In this document: positions 18,252 to 26,691 of the stretch, one piece after another | Layout: every line of letters starts with the position of its first letter | Position numbering within the stretch: the first letter of the stretch is position 1 | IMG/VR virus record: IMGVR_UViG_3300009177_000028 | Location: 1-64,000 of that record | Length of the DNA: 64,000 nt | Direction: 5' to 3' (one strand) | Translations under genes and position numbers: made by a program | The notes under the pieces: model-generated | Told to the model about the DNA's origin: nothing | The model's input: only the letters and a program-made list of their open reading frames with translations | Databases searched by the model: none

Positions 18252-20971
18252 TGTCTCATCAAGCTCTTGCAAAATCTAGTGGTGGTGTTATACCGGATGG
18301 ATATGTTCTTAAATGGAGCAGTTCGGATGGTTATTGGAAGCCTAGTTTGCCATCTGGCGGATGGACTACTGCATATGATGTAGATTTTAGAACAGTGACT
18401 CCTCAAACAATTTCGGGAGATGGCCCATTTACTGTTTCTGGTAAATCTTGGAATATGGTTAACTATGCCGCAGTAGATTCTGTGATTATCAATTCTAGCG
18501 GGTTAACTATTGACTGCAATGCTACCAGTACCGATTTTGCCAGCGGCACCAGAAGTGCTGCAATGGTTACACTTAATCTTTCTAACGTAATTTCAAATTA
18601 CGATCCATCACGACATGTTGTTAGAGTTTGGGTATGGAATAGCGTTAATAATGCCGATCAAGATTTTGAAATGGCATTTTTATCATTAGATAGAACACAA
18701 GCGAGCGCTCCAATCAATCGAATGTTACATATGTATAAGAAAGGTAATGTTGGGTCGCTTGGTGGACTTATTCATTATGGTAATGGAGTTATTAATAGCT
18801 CTAGTCAAGGCGATATTGCTTCTACTACAAATTATTCTGATGATGTTTTAATTATTCAACAAAATTATCCAGGAGACAGATTTTTCCAATGTTTATCTGG
18901 AGTTTATGATACTGGCAACAATGCTTGGCCAGCTATTTCTAGTTTGACGTTCAGGTGGAACTATTTTATGAACTACGGAACGCCTGGTACTGTCTTAAAT
19001 ATGACAGAATCAGCTACTCCATTTAAAGTTTCATTGGGCGCCCAAACTGTTAACACAAATAATAATTTTGCGGTTACTTTTGCTAGAATTAAAATAGAGT
19101 ATCTAGATATCGGTACTGGACCGGGCGCAACCGGAAATGCCGGAGGCGATCTTACTGGAACTTATCCAAATCCAACAGTTGCTAAAATTCAAGGAAAATC
19201 TGTTTCTAGCTCAGCGCCTGTTGATGGGCAGTATTTAAAATATAATGGTGGAAATTTTGCTTGGGAACCTACAACTATTGGCACTACCTTGTCAAGAAGA
19301 ATTGCCCCTGACGGATATTCACAATTAGTTTGGAAATTTGACGATCTAGTTTCTCCATTTGCTAATAGCGGAGTAGCTGGAGCGTTAGATGCATCTACAG
19401 GTTATGGATCTCCAGTCACTGACAGCATTGGACTTTTTAATAGGTGTGTAGATTTTCAAAACTCAGGTTTGAAAACGGCGGACACTTCACTTGGTGAAAC
19501 CAATACTTTAACGGTATCTTGTTGGACTAATCTAAGAAGTTTTGGTACTAATCAAGATCTCTACGACAAGAAATACCAAACCGGCAATACTTGGACAGCC
19601 CCATTCGTAACTCATGGAATAGGAGTTGCTAATAGCTCAGGACAATGGTTCGTTACGGTAACAGTTGGTGGAACACAATATGTTACTACAATGAGTACTA
19701 GATATGCTTTGGCGACTAATCAGTGGCAGCATGTTGGATTTACTTATGATGCAAGCACTCATACACTAAAGACTTACATAAATGGACGCTTAGCAACAAC
19801 CGATACCTCTAGACCAGCCGGCAATATTGACTATGGTTCTCATGGATCATATCAAATCGGAGCGGTTACAACACAATCTACTCAGGGTATTGATGGTAGA
19901 TTAGATGATCTTAGAATTGAAAATACAATTAGAAGCGACTCTTATTTTGAAAGCATGTATAAGGCAGGAATAGCGGAATATGATACTTTAAATACGCAAT
20001 CTAACTCTGGAGCTTCCACTAGTAGACCAACTGCTACAGGCTCCGGCGCCTTATATTTGTGCGATGATATTAATGTTCTTTATATGGACAATCCAACGAC
20101 TAATGCTTGGAAATCATATCATACTATGGGGTATAGCGGTAGTACCCCTCCAACCGTAGCCTCTTTAACGGTAGTTGGAACTATGGGGCTATTACAAAAA
20201 GGAGATTCTATTTTAGCTTCTACCCAAGTTAATAATAAAGATCATCATGCTTTAGCTAGTCTTCCTGGTGGAGTTACGGCCGCTGGTCCATGGGTTCTAA
20301 CAATTTCTGGTTCCTGCTCATTTACTAGAGGGGCCACTTTTCCATCATTCGGATGCATGATTTCTAATGGTGTTACTGCCGCCAGCTCGACAGGTTTGTT
20401 TTTGGGATATTACCAGTTTTCATCAAATACTCTAGTGCCTGGTGTTTGGACAGTTACATTAAATACACAAAGTAGGCCCGCTGTTTATTATGGTGATAAT
20501 ACTAACACGGCTGATTCTGTAGTACCGGCCTACTTTAGAATAATAAATGATGGAACTAACTATATTTATCAGCAAGCTATTATTAAAGGGGCTTTTTGGC
20601 GCACTTTATTTACTCACACTACGGCGACAGTTGGTATAACACCAACCCATTATGGTTTTGGGTTAGGTTGTGTTAACGGATCTGCATTTGCAGCGGCTCA
20701 GGTTGATGGATTAAGTATTACTACTATAAGCCAACTAACAATTACTAACGTTACATCCAACGGTACAATATATACAGTTACTACTAGCGGAAACCATGGG
20801 CTAATAACAGGAGATTCCGTTTCCATTACATCCGTAACTGGTACAGGAACTTCTCCAAACGCTCGCTATGAGAATACAGTTATTTCAACTGGAACGAATA
20901 CTTTCACGGTGCCCGCAGGCGGCGCTTTTACCTACACTAGCGGTGGTCTAGTTACACTTACATCTAGATAA
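18251..20971 (+). CDS. Tail fibre or adhesin with LamG/concanavalin-like domain
   Basis: WKFDD...TVSCW...WQHVGFTYD...TYINGRL...IDGRLDDLRI LamG pattern; GDLTGTYPNPTV fibre motif; 3 DGY. Confidence 0.75.
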   Translation: MSHQALAKSSGGVIPDGYVLKWSSSDGYWKPSLPSGGWTTAYDVDFRTVTPQTISGDGPFTVSGKSWNMVNYAAVDSVIINSSGLTIDCNATSTDFASGTRSAAMVTLNLSNVISNYDPSRHVVRVWVWNSVNNADQDFEMAFLSLDRTQASAPINRMLHMYKKGNVGSLGGLIHYGNGVINSSSQGDIASTTNYSDDVLIIQQNYPGDRFFQCLSGVYDTGNNAWPAISSLTFRWNYFMNYGTPGTVLNMTESATPFKVSLGAQTVNTNNNFAVTFARIKIEYLDIGTGPGATGNAGGDLTGTYPNPTVAKIQGKSVSSSAPVDGQYLKYNGGNFAWEPTTIGTTLSRRIAPDGYSQLVWKFDDLVSPFANSGVAGALDASTGYGSPVTDSIGLFNRCVDFQNSGLKTADTSLGETNTLTVSCWTNLRSFGTNQDLYDKKYQTGNTWTAPFVTHGIGVANSSGQWFVTVTVGGTQYVTTMSTRYALATNQWQHVGFTYDASTHTLKTYINGRLATTDTSRPAGNIDYGSHGSYQIGAVTTQSTQGIDGRLDDLRIENTIRSDSYFESMYKAGIAEYDTLNTQSNSGASTSRPTATGSGALYLCDDINVLYMDNPTTNAWKSYHTMGYSGSTPPTVASLTVVGTMGLLQKGDSILASTQVNNKDHHALASLPGGVTAAGPWVLTISGSCSFTRGATFPSFGCMISNGVTAASSTGLFLGYYQFSSNTLVPGVWTVTLNTQSRPAVYYGDNTNTADSVVPAYFRIINDGTNYIYQQAIIKGAFWRTLFTHTTATVGITPTHYGFGLGCVNGSAFAAAQVDGLSITTISQLTITNVTSNGTIYTVTTSGNHGLITGDSVSITSVTGTGTSPNARYENTVISTGTNTFTVPAGGAFTYTSGGLVTLTSR

Positions 20972-20981
20972 GGAAACTGCT

Positions 20982-22070
20982 GTGTCTTTTGTTGGTCAAT
21001 TAGGATTAAAAGAAAGCCAGCCGGGTAATATTGAATTAGGTATTATTTCCTCTGTCTCCGAGATTAGTGCAACAATCGATTGTACCTCCACAGTTACAGC
21101 CTCCATGTTTGCTACTGGCGTTTTGACTGCACAAGTAGATGGATCTGCCTCCATCTCAGGTACATTGGTGGGCGAAGCAGCAGCTCAAGCAACTATTGAT
21201 AATTTTTCAACCGTCTTGCCTGCCATTTATGGCCTGGGTGATGTATCATCTACGATAGCGGGTTCATCCGAAACATCATTTACAGTATATGGTCAAGGTA
21301 ACATAGATGCTACATCAAATGGTATTGCTACTTTTGATTCAAATATTGAAGCAAATGGTAGTTTATCCTCTACCATTAATAATAATGCTACAGTTACGGG
21401 AACGGTTAGTGCTGAAGGCGCCATTATTTCTACTATTTCTAATATGTCTACAGTTAGTGCTATACTGAGAGCGCTAGGCAACGTTTCTAGTCAAGTAGAC
21501 GGACAATCTACTATGGCTGGCGCTATTAACGGAAATTATTCACTGGCAGCTTCTATTGCTGGCACCTCAGATGTATCAGCCAATCTGGCAGGGGTTGTCG
21601 ATTTAATTGCCACAATTAATGCTACATCTAGTTTTAGTGGAAATTTAGCCGGAATTGCTCCAATAGAAGCTATCATTAACGGGACATCTGAATTTCTTAT
21701 TGGATATTCATTTATTTCTGCGCAAATAGTTGGCACATCTACCATATTTGGCAGGTTGGTTAATTTTCTTCAAGATAAAGCAATTCTTGACCCAATATTG
21801 TTGCACGATGACAATGATGATTTCTTAAAAATATTGGAACCGGCCATTCGTTTAGAAAAAATCACGGCAACCCCATCTTTACCGCCTCCCCCAGACGTTC
21901 CTCCAACTGAGTCAATTGAATCGTCACATGTCCCAGTAGATGGCGTACCGCCAGAACCCGTTTTATTAAAAAAAGTAGTTATTCCGGCTCCTTCACCCAT
22001 AATAATCCCGCCACCACCGTTGCCGCCTGAAGATATTCCTCTTCATAAGTCATCTATAAAACTGCATTAA
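20982..22070 (+). CDS. Protein of 20-aa beta repeats with a Pro-rich tail
   Basis: About 11 tandem 20-residue units (e.g. SATIDCTSTVTASMFATGVL / TAQVDGSASISGTLVGEAAA), then PSLPPPPDVPP...PPPPLPP. Confidence 0.65.
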   Translation: MSFVGQLGLKESQPGNIELGIISSVSEISATIDCTSTVTASMFATGVLTAQVDGSASISGTLVGEAAAQATIDNFSTVLPAIYGLGDVSSTIAGSSETSFTVYGQGNIDATSNGIATFDSNIEANGSLSSTINNNATVTGTVSAEGAIISTISNMSTVSAILRALGNVSSQVDGQSTMAGAINGNYSLAASIAGTSDVSANLAGVVDLIATINATSSFSGNLAGIAPIEAIINGTSEFLIGYSFISAQIVGTSTIFGRLVNFLQDKAILDPILLHDDNDDFLKILEPAIRLEKITATPSLPPPPDVPPTESIESSHVPVDGVPPEPVLLKKVVIPAPSPIIIPPPPLPPEDIPLHKSSIKLH

Positions 22071-22094
22071 CTAGTATAATATGACAGGAAACCA

Positions 22095-22433
22095 ATGCTA
22101 ACGATACAAAATTACTTTCCAGGACAAAAGGCCACTATTTTTTTGGAGACGCTCGATGGCTATAGCCAACGTGCAGACGGCTATGCTTTGCCGGTTATTT
22201 TGCGAGTAATTTTCCCAGACCTTTCCTTGGCTGAGGATTTCCCACAACCTATGGTCAAATTGGATACCGAGCTTTATTTTTTCCAATTTACCTTGCCCTA
22301 CACTTCAAGTTCGGTAGGTAGTTATTTAGTTGATGGTTATTACTATGATCCAGATACAGATAATCCATTAACAACCTTATACCATATAGTTGTAAATGCT
22401 CCGTTTGGCAATTTTAGCGTAACCACAGGATAA
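22095..22433 (+). CDS. Small Ig-like virion protein
   Basis: 112 aa beta-sandwich pattern resembling the N-terminus of the next gene; 3 DGY. Confidence 0.5.
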   Translation: MLTIQNYFPGQKATIFLETLDGYSQRADGYALPVILRVIFPDLSLAEDFPQPMVKLDTELYFFQFTLPYTSSSVGSYLVDGYYYDPDTDNPLTTLYHIVVNAPFGNFSVTTG

Positions 22434-22435
22434 CA

Positions 22436-23335
22436 ATGGCAATCAAAGCACGTGGTGAATTAATTGATGTTACAGATCAAGTTAATTTAACCGTACAATT
22501 TAGAGATGTCTCGGGTAACCCGGTTGATACGGATTCCTTCCCGACAATTTCTATTGTTCAACCAAGCGGCTTGGTTGCACTGGCCCCTACCTCGGCCGGA
22601 GTTGCTAGAGTGGGCGCTGGCAAGTATTCCTTTATCTACACCATTCCTATCAATGGTCCATATGGCGTCTACAACGATGTCTGGGTCGGATATGTGAATG
22701 GATTTAGGGTACAAGTCCAATTCGACTTTGTTGTGTTGCATACTCAGGTCCCAGCCATCAACACAGATGGATATGCCCATTTGGGAGATGACCCCGGCTT
22801 TAATTATTCACAAGCCGCCATTAAGAATATCAACAAACTGCTTAAATCTTTAAAAGCCAGATTAAATAGCGCAGGAAAGGCCAAATCAGTTGATGGGTAC
22901 GGTAACGTAACTTACGTTGACTGCGATATCTTCTCTATTGATATGTTAGTAACCTTTTTAGCTACCGCTCTTTGGGATTTTAACCAAGTTCCATTCTTTA
23001 CTTTTTTTCAATTTGATGATGATAATTTCGTCGAACAATTTGGAGAGATTCTAGTAGAAGGTGCTACTTTGTACGCACTTGCTTCTAAGTCTTTGATTGA
23101 GCGTGGTCGTGAATTTCAGGTGACTGATAATGGTTTGAACTTCAACCCACCAACAGTTAGTGAATTGATGAACACTCAATACAGTACTCTTCTATCTCAC
23201 TACTGGGAAAAGCTTAAGTATATCAAGAACAGCTTACGTCCAGCCCCACGTGGATTGGGAGTCTTTAGCATGAATTCTGCCATTAACCCAGCATTTGCTA
23301 GATTGCGTCACTTGAGAGCAAGACGCCTTTATTGA
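22436..23335 (+). CDS. Probable head-tail adaptor (neck) protein with an N-terminal Ig-like domain
   Basis: Beta-rich N-terminus plus helical C-terminus (LATALWDFN...ILVEGATLYAL) in neck-gene position; 2 DGY. Confidence 0.55.
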   Translation: MAIKARGELIDVTDQVNLTVQFRDVSGNPVDTDSFPTISIVQPSGLVALAPTSAGVARVGAGKYSFIYTIPINGPYGVYNDVWVGYVNGFRVQVQFDFVVLHTQVPAINTDGYAHLGDDPGFNYSQAAIKNINKLLKSLKARLNSAGKAKSVDGYGNVTYVDCDIFSIDMLVTFLATALWDFNQVPFFTFFQFDDDNFVEQFGEILVEGATLYALASKSLIERGREFQVTDNGLNFNPPTVSELMNTQYSTLLSHYWEKLKYIKNSLRPAPRGLGVFSMNSAINPAFARLRHLRARRLY

Positions 23336-23341
23336 GGAATT

Positions 23342-23842
23342 ATGAAATATAATGATTTACTTAAAAGATGTTATTCTTTCTACAAATTGGCATTGAATGC
23401 ACAGGATCTTACTCTTCAAGCTATAACTGATCCCCAAGCATTTGCCGTTTTAACTGATCACTTATTGTCTAGTGGACAAATTTTATCACCAGAGGAATCT
23501 GGATATAATGAAGAAAACTTCCCCAGTAGAGAAACATTTCAGAGAATCGTTAGAAAAAGACTAAGAATGACTGTTGCTAAGTGGATTAAAGACCAATGTA
23601 TCACTACAGAAGTTAAAGACCTTAAGCCAGGTGATGCTGTAGTAGAAATTGATACCTCTCACGAGCCACCTCTAGTACTAAGATACATCTCTTCTGTTCG
23701 CTCACTAAGTACAAGCGAGCGCTCGCAAGATATCATGGACGATCCTATGAACGCTTCAGATAGTAAACAAAGAATTACGTTCAGTGAAGGCCCACATGAT
23801 GTGGTGTATCCTGACGATGTCTATTCTGTATTGCCAAAGTAA
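23342..23842 (+). CDS. Hypothetical protein
   Basis: 166 aa, GAGGA RBS; N-terminal LLKRCYSFYKLALN motif. Confidence 0.7.
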   Translation: MKYNDLLKRCYSFYKLALNAQDLTLQAITDPQAFAVLTDHLLSSGQILSPEESGYNEENFPSRETFQRIVRKRLRMTVAKWIKDQCITTEVKDLKPGDAVVEIDTSHEPPLVLRYISSVRSLSTSERSQDIMDDPMNASDSKQRITFSEGPHDVVYPDDVYSVLPK

Positions 23843-24454
23843 TTAACGCTCTATTTTGCGTCTTTCTTTAGATGGCGTTAGATAAGCTTGTGAATTATTA
23901 GCTAGCTTTTCGAAAACAGTTGCTTTTTGAAGTAGCCATGCATGCTTTTGCTTCTCTGGCCCTTTTAGAGGGAAAGTAACAAAGATGCGATCATCTCCAT
24001 GGTCCCCACCCCAGAGTACCAGCTCTGACACCGAAAATTCTACTGGATCAATATCAAAATCATCTATTTCTTTTTCGGCGTACGACAGTGTGATATGTGG
24101 CTTATAGTCTTTGAAGGTTTTAGAAAATTCTATTTCTTCATCATCAAATTTCTTAGCAATTTTCTCGCGTAGTTCATGTAGCTCGGCTGATTTGACTTGA
24201 GCCACGATAGCGCAGGTATCACCTCTTTTAGGGAAGCAGATTACCTTTTCAGTCATAGCAATGAATGGTTTAACTTTGGAAACCACATCATAAGTAATTT
24301 CTAAGGCTCTGGCTAGCTCAGAAATCGGCCAATTATCTTCAAAATGTAACATAGTGATGTGCATTTCGGAAGGTGCCGTGGTTGTGCCAGGCACTTCGAT
24401 GCCAGTTAATAAACGTCCAGTTTCGTGAGGGATTCTAATTCCTAAAAAAGCCAT
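23843..24454 (-). CDS. 2H phosphoesterase (ThpR/LigT or Acb1-like)
   Basis: Two HxT motifs, MHITM and KPHITLSY, at the usual spacing; C-terminal extension of ~35 aa. Confidence 0.9.
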   Translation of the reverse strand: MAFLGIRIPHETGRLLTGIEVPGTTTAPSEMHITMLHFEDNWPISELARALEITYDVVSKVKPFIAMTEKVICFPKRGDTCAIVAQVKSAELHELREKIAKKFDDEEIEFSKTFKDYKPHITLSYAEKEIDDFDIDPVEFSVSELVLWGGDHGDDRIFVTFPLKGPEKQKHAWLLQKATVFEKLANNSQAYLTPSKERRKIER

Positions 24455-24466
24455 GATTACACTGTC

Positions 24467-24495
24467 ATCCTATATCCGACTCTGCGTCTTGTCAA
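24467..24495 (-). promoter_or_regulatory. Sigma70-type promoter for the 2H gene
   Basis: Minus strand TTGACA (24495-24490), 17 nt spacer, TAGGAT (24472-24467); ATG 12 nt downstream. Confidence 0.75.
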
Positions 24496-24529
24496 GAATG
24501 TAAAAATATGACTATTTAAACATCATTGT

Positions 24530-25051
24530 ATGGCGTCCAAGAGCGAAAAAATCCCAATATCCGTAGTTAAGAAACTACCTTACAAGTCTTTGAATCGAAT
24601 GATCAAAAAGATGCGTGAGTATTTGAAAAACGATGGTGTTGTTCAAGAAATGTTCAAAGAATATGATGTCGATATCAGTGAAATCGATCTTATTCCTATG
24701 CGTTTTGGTAATTTAGATGTCTCCGCCAAGACTGATCATGGTGTTATTATTTTTAATTATAGGTTGTTGACTGATGGAGACTTCTTTAAAGATTTTTCTT
24801 ATGGCGTTCATGAAATGACCCATTGGCTACAGCAAACAACTGGCACTAAGCCTACCAAAAGTTCGGATGATGGCAGTTATCTAGACAATCCTTTTGAACA
24901 AGAGGGATTTCAGAATCAAGTTGAGTATATTGCTAACCAATTTGGCCCAGGTGAAGCGGAAAATTACGTTGATGATTTGCTAGAGCACCATGAGGTTGAA
25001 GAAGGAAAAGAATTCAAGGAAAAGAAAGAGACCTTGATGGCCAAAGTTTAA
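24530..25051 (+). CDS. Putative zinc metallopeptidase (HEXXH)
   Basis: HEMTH at 24809-24823 with a downstream YLDNPFEQE third-ligand-type segment. Confidence 0.7.
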   Translation: MASKSEKIPISVVKKLPYKSLNRMIKKMREYLKNDGVVQEMFKEYDVDISEIDLIPMRFGNLDVSAKTDHGVIIFNYRLLTDGDFFKDFSYGVHEMTHWLQQTTGTKPTKSSDDGSYLDNPFEQEGFQNQVEYIANQFGPGEAENYVDDLLEHHEVEEGKEFKEKKETLMAKV

Positions 25052-25079
25052 GAAAAGGCTAATAAATTAGAATAATGGT

Positions 25080-26648
25080 ATGGTCTTTTATCCTAATCCA
25101 GTCCGTGCTGGTACTGATGCTCTTTTCTCACTTGGCGATGGATATACCATTAATGTCAAGTGGTTTCAAGCCGCTGCAACCATACCGGGCAACAAGATAG
25201 CATATCATATTTATTACTCTACAGTTAAAGATGATGTCTTTGCTGAAGGGGTTAAGTATATTTCTATTGATGATTCTCTACAAACCAATCTAATTGGATT
25301 AGTTCCGGGTCAAGAGTATTTTATTGCAGTTAGACCCGTAGAATATAATGATTCTGTTTCTGACTTAACACTTTTGCCAATTGCATATGATAATTTAAGA
25401 TTTTATCCAAGCAGTTTGTTAAGGCAGGACATTAGCGATACCGACTCGATTATTCCATTGGTTGATGTAGATGGCTTCCCAGCTACCGGCATTATCAAAG
25501 TAGGCATTGAGCTTATTCAATACTCTTCAGTCGACCAATTGAACAATAATCTCATAGCTTTCCTTAGAGGGTATAATAATACCTCAGCCACAATTCACAC
25601 TGTAGATGGATACGACGGGTACTCATATTGGGATCCTATCGTTTCATTGTTTACAGTAGGCGAAGATAATCGTTGGGATCGTATTTTTGTTTGTCAATCC
25701 AGATTTGAATATCCCAACTACCAATACACCGTTGCCGATGGATATCACCAAGTCACTAAAGACCTATTATCTACTGATTTAAGTGCTGCCGATGCTGATA
25801 ACATAGATTTCCCATCATATGACTATGCGGGATATCATAGAACCGATCCTGTTCAACTGTTAAATGGAACATGTGTAGGAAGTTACATTGGTGGCGAGCA
25901 AGGCTGTATTGATAAATATGGAAATGTTCAGATTTTAAGAGGGTTTTCCTTACAAGATCAGAATACTCAGCGCCAGGATGTCTTACTGTCAATTGATGGT
26001 AAGCCCGCCGTCCTTATTCGTAGAGTTCAGACAGGAATTACCTGTGCTTGCTATCTTCCATCCAGCGAATATCCGGATGATAGATGCCCAATGTGCTACG
26101 GAACTAAGTTTGTCTTTGGATATGAGCAATATTTTAATCCAAGACGTTCGGATGGTAGAATTTTAGTTCGTCCAGGACCAACTGAAGAAAATCTAAAGAT
26201 GTACGAGGCTGGGTTGGAGTCCGAGTTCCCATTGGATTTATGGACTTTGACGGTACCAACTATTAAAACTAGAGATATCATCGTTATGTTTGACCAAGAT
26301 GATAATGAAGAGTTTAGATATGAGGTTGCTGGGGTAACCAGAAACAATACGGTAGTTGGATTACAGGGAGGCCAGCATTTCAAGGCTATCAGAATCAGAA
26401 AGTATGATCCGGCTTACCAAATCAGAATTTTTAGAAATACTTCTGATTTCCCAAGCAAACTTAATACCAGCATTGGTTTCGTTCCAGGAATACCTCCTCA
26501 CACACACGAAATCGTGGTAAATGAAAAGATTTTGTCAGTCAATCAAATCAATCAGACGACCGCTGTTTCTCAAGGACATAACCATCCAATTGTAAATGGT
26601 CAAGTAATGGAAGTTCTGGGGCACACCCACACGATCATTTTACCTTAA
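25080..26648 (+). CDS. Multidomain neck or head-closure protein with CxC...CxxC and His-rich C-terminus
   Basis: FN3-like N-terminus; TCAC...RCPMC; stopper-like TRDIIV...RYEVAGV; C-terminal HTH/HNH/HTH repeats; 4 DGY. Confidence 0.55.
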   Translation: MVFYPNPVRAGTDALFSLGDGYTINVKWFQAAATIPGNKIAYHIYYSTVKDDVFAEGVKYISIDDSLQTNLIGLVPGQEYFIAVRPVEYNDSVSDLTLLPIAYDNLRFYPSSLLRQDISDTDSIIPLVDVDGFPATGIIKVGIELIQYSSVDQLNNNLIAFLRGYNNTSATIHTVDGYDGYSYWDPIVSLFTVGEDNRWDRIFVCQSRFEYPNYQYTVADGYHQVTKDLLSTDLSAADADNIDFPSYDYAGYHRTDPVQLLNGTCVGSYIGGEQGCIDKYGNVQILRGFSLQDQNTQRQDVLLSIDGKPAVLIRRVQTGITCACYLPSSEYPDDRCPMCYGTKFVFGYEQYFNPRRSDGRILVRPGPTEENLKMYEAGLESEFPLDLWTLTVPTIKTRDIIVMFDQDDNEEFRYEVAGVTRNNTVVGLQGGQHFKAIRIRKYDPAYQIRIFRNTSDFPSKLNTSIGFVPGIPPHTHEIVVNEKILSVNQINQTTAVSQGHNHPIVNGQVMEVLGHTHTIILP

Positions 26649-26691
26649 ATATCAATAAAATAACATAATACCGTCAATTGAGGCTAAATCC

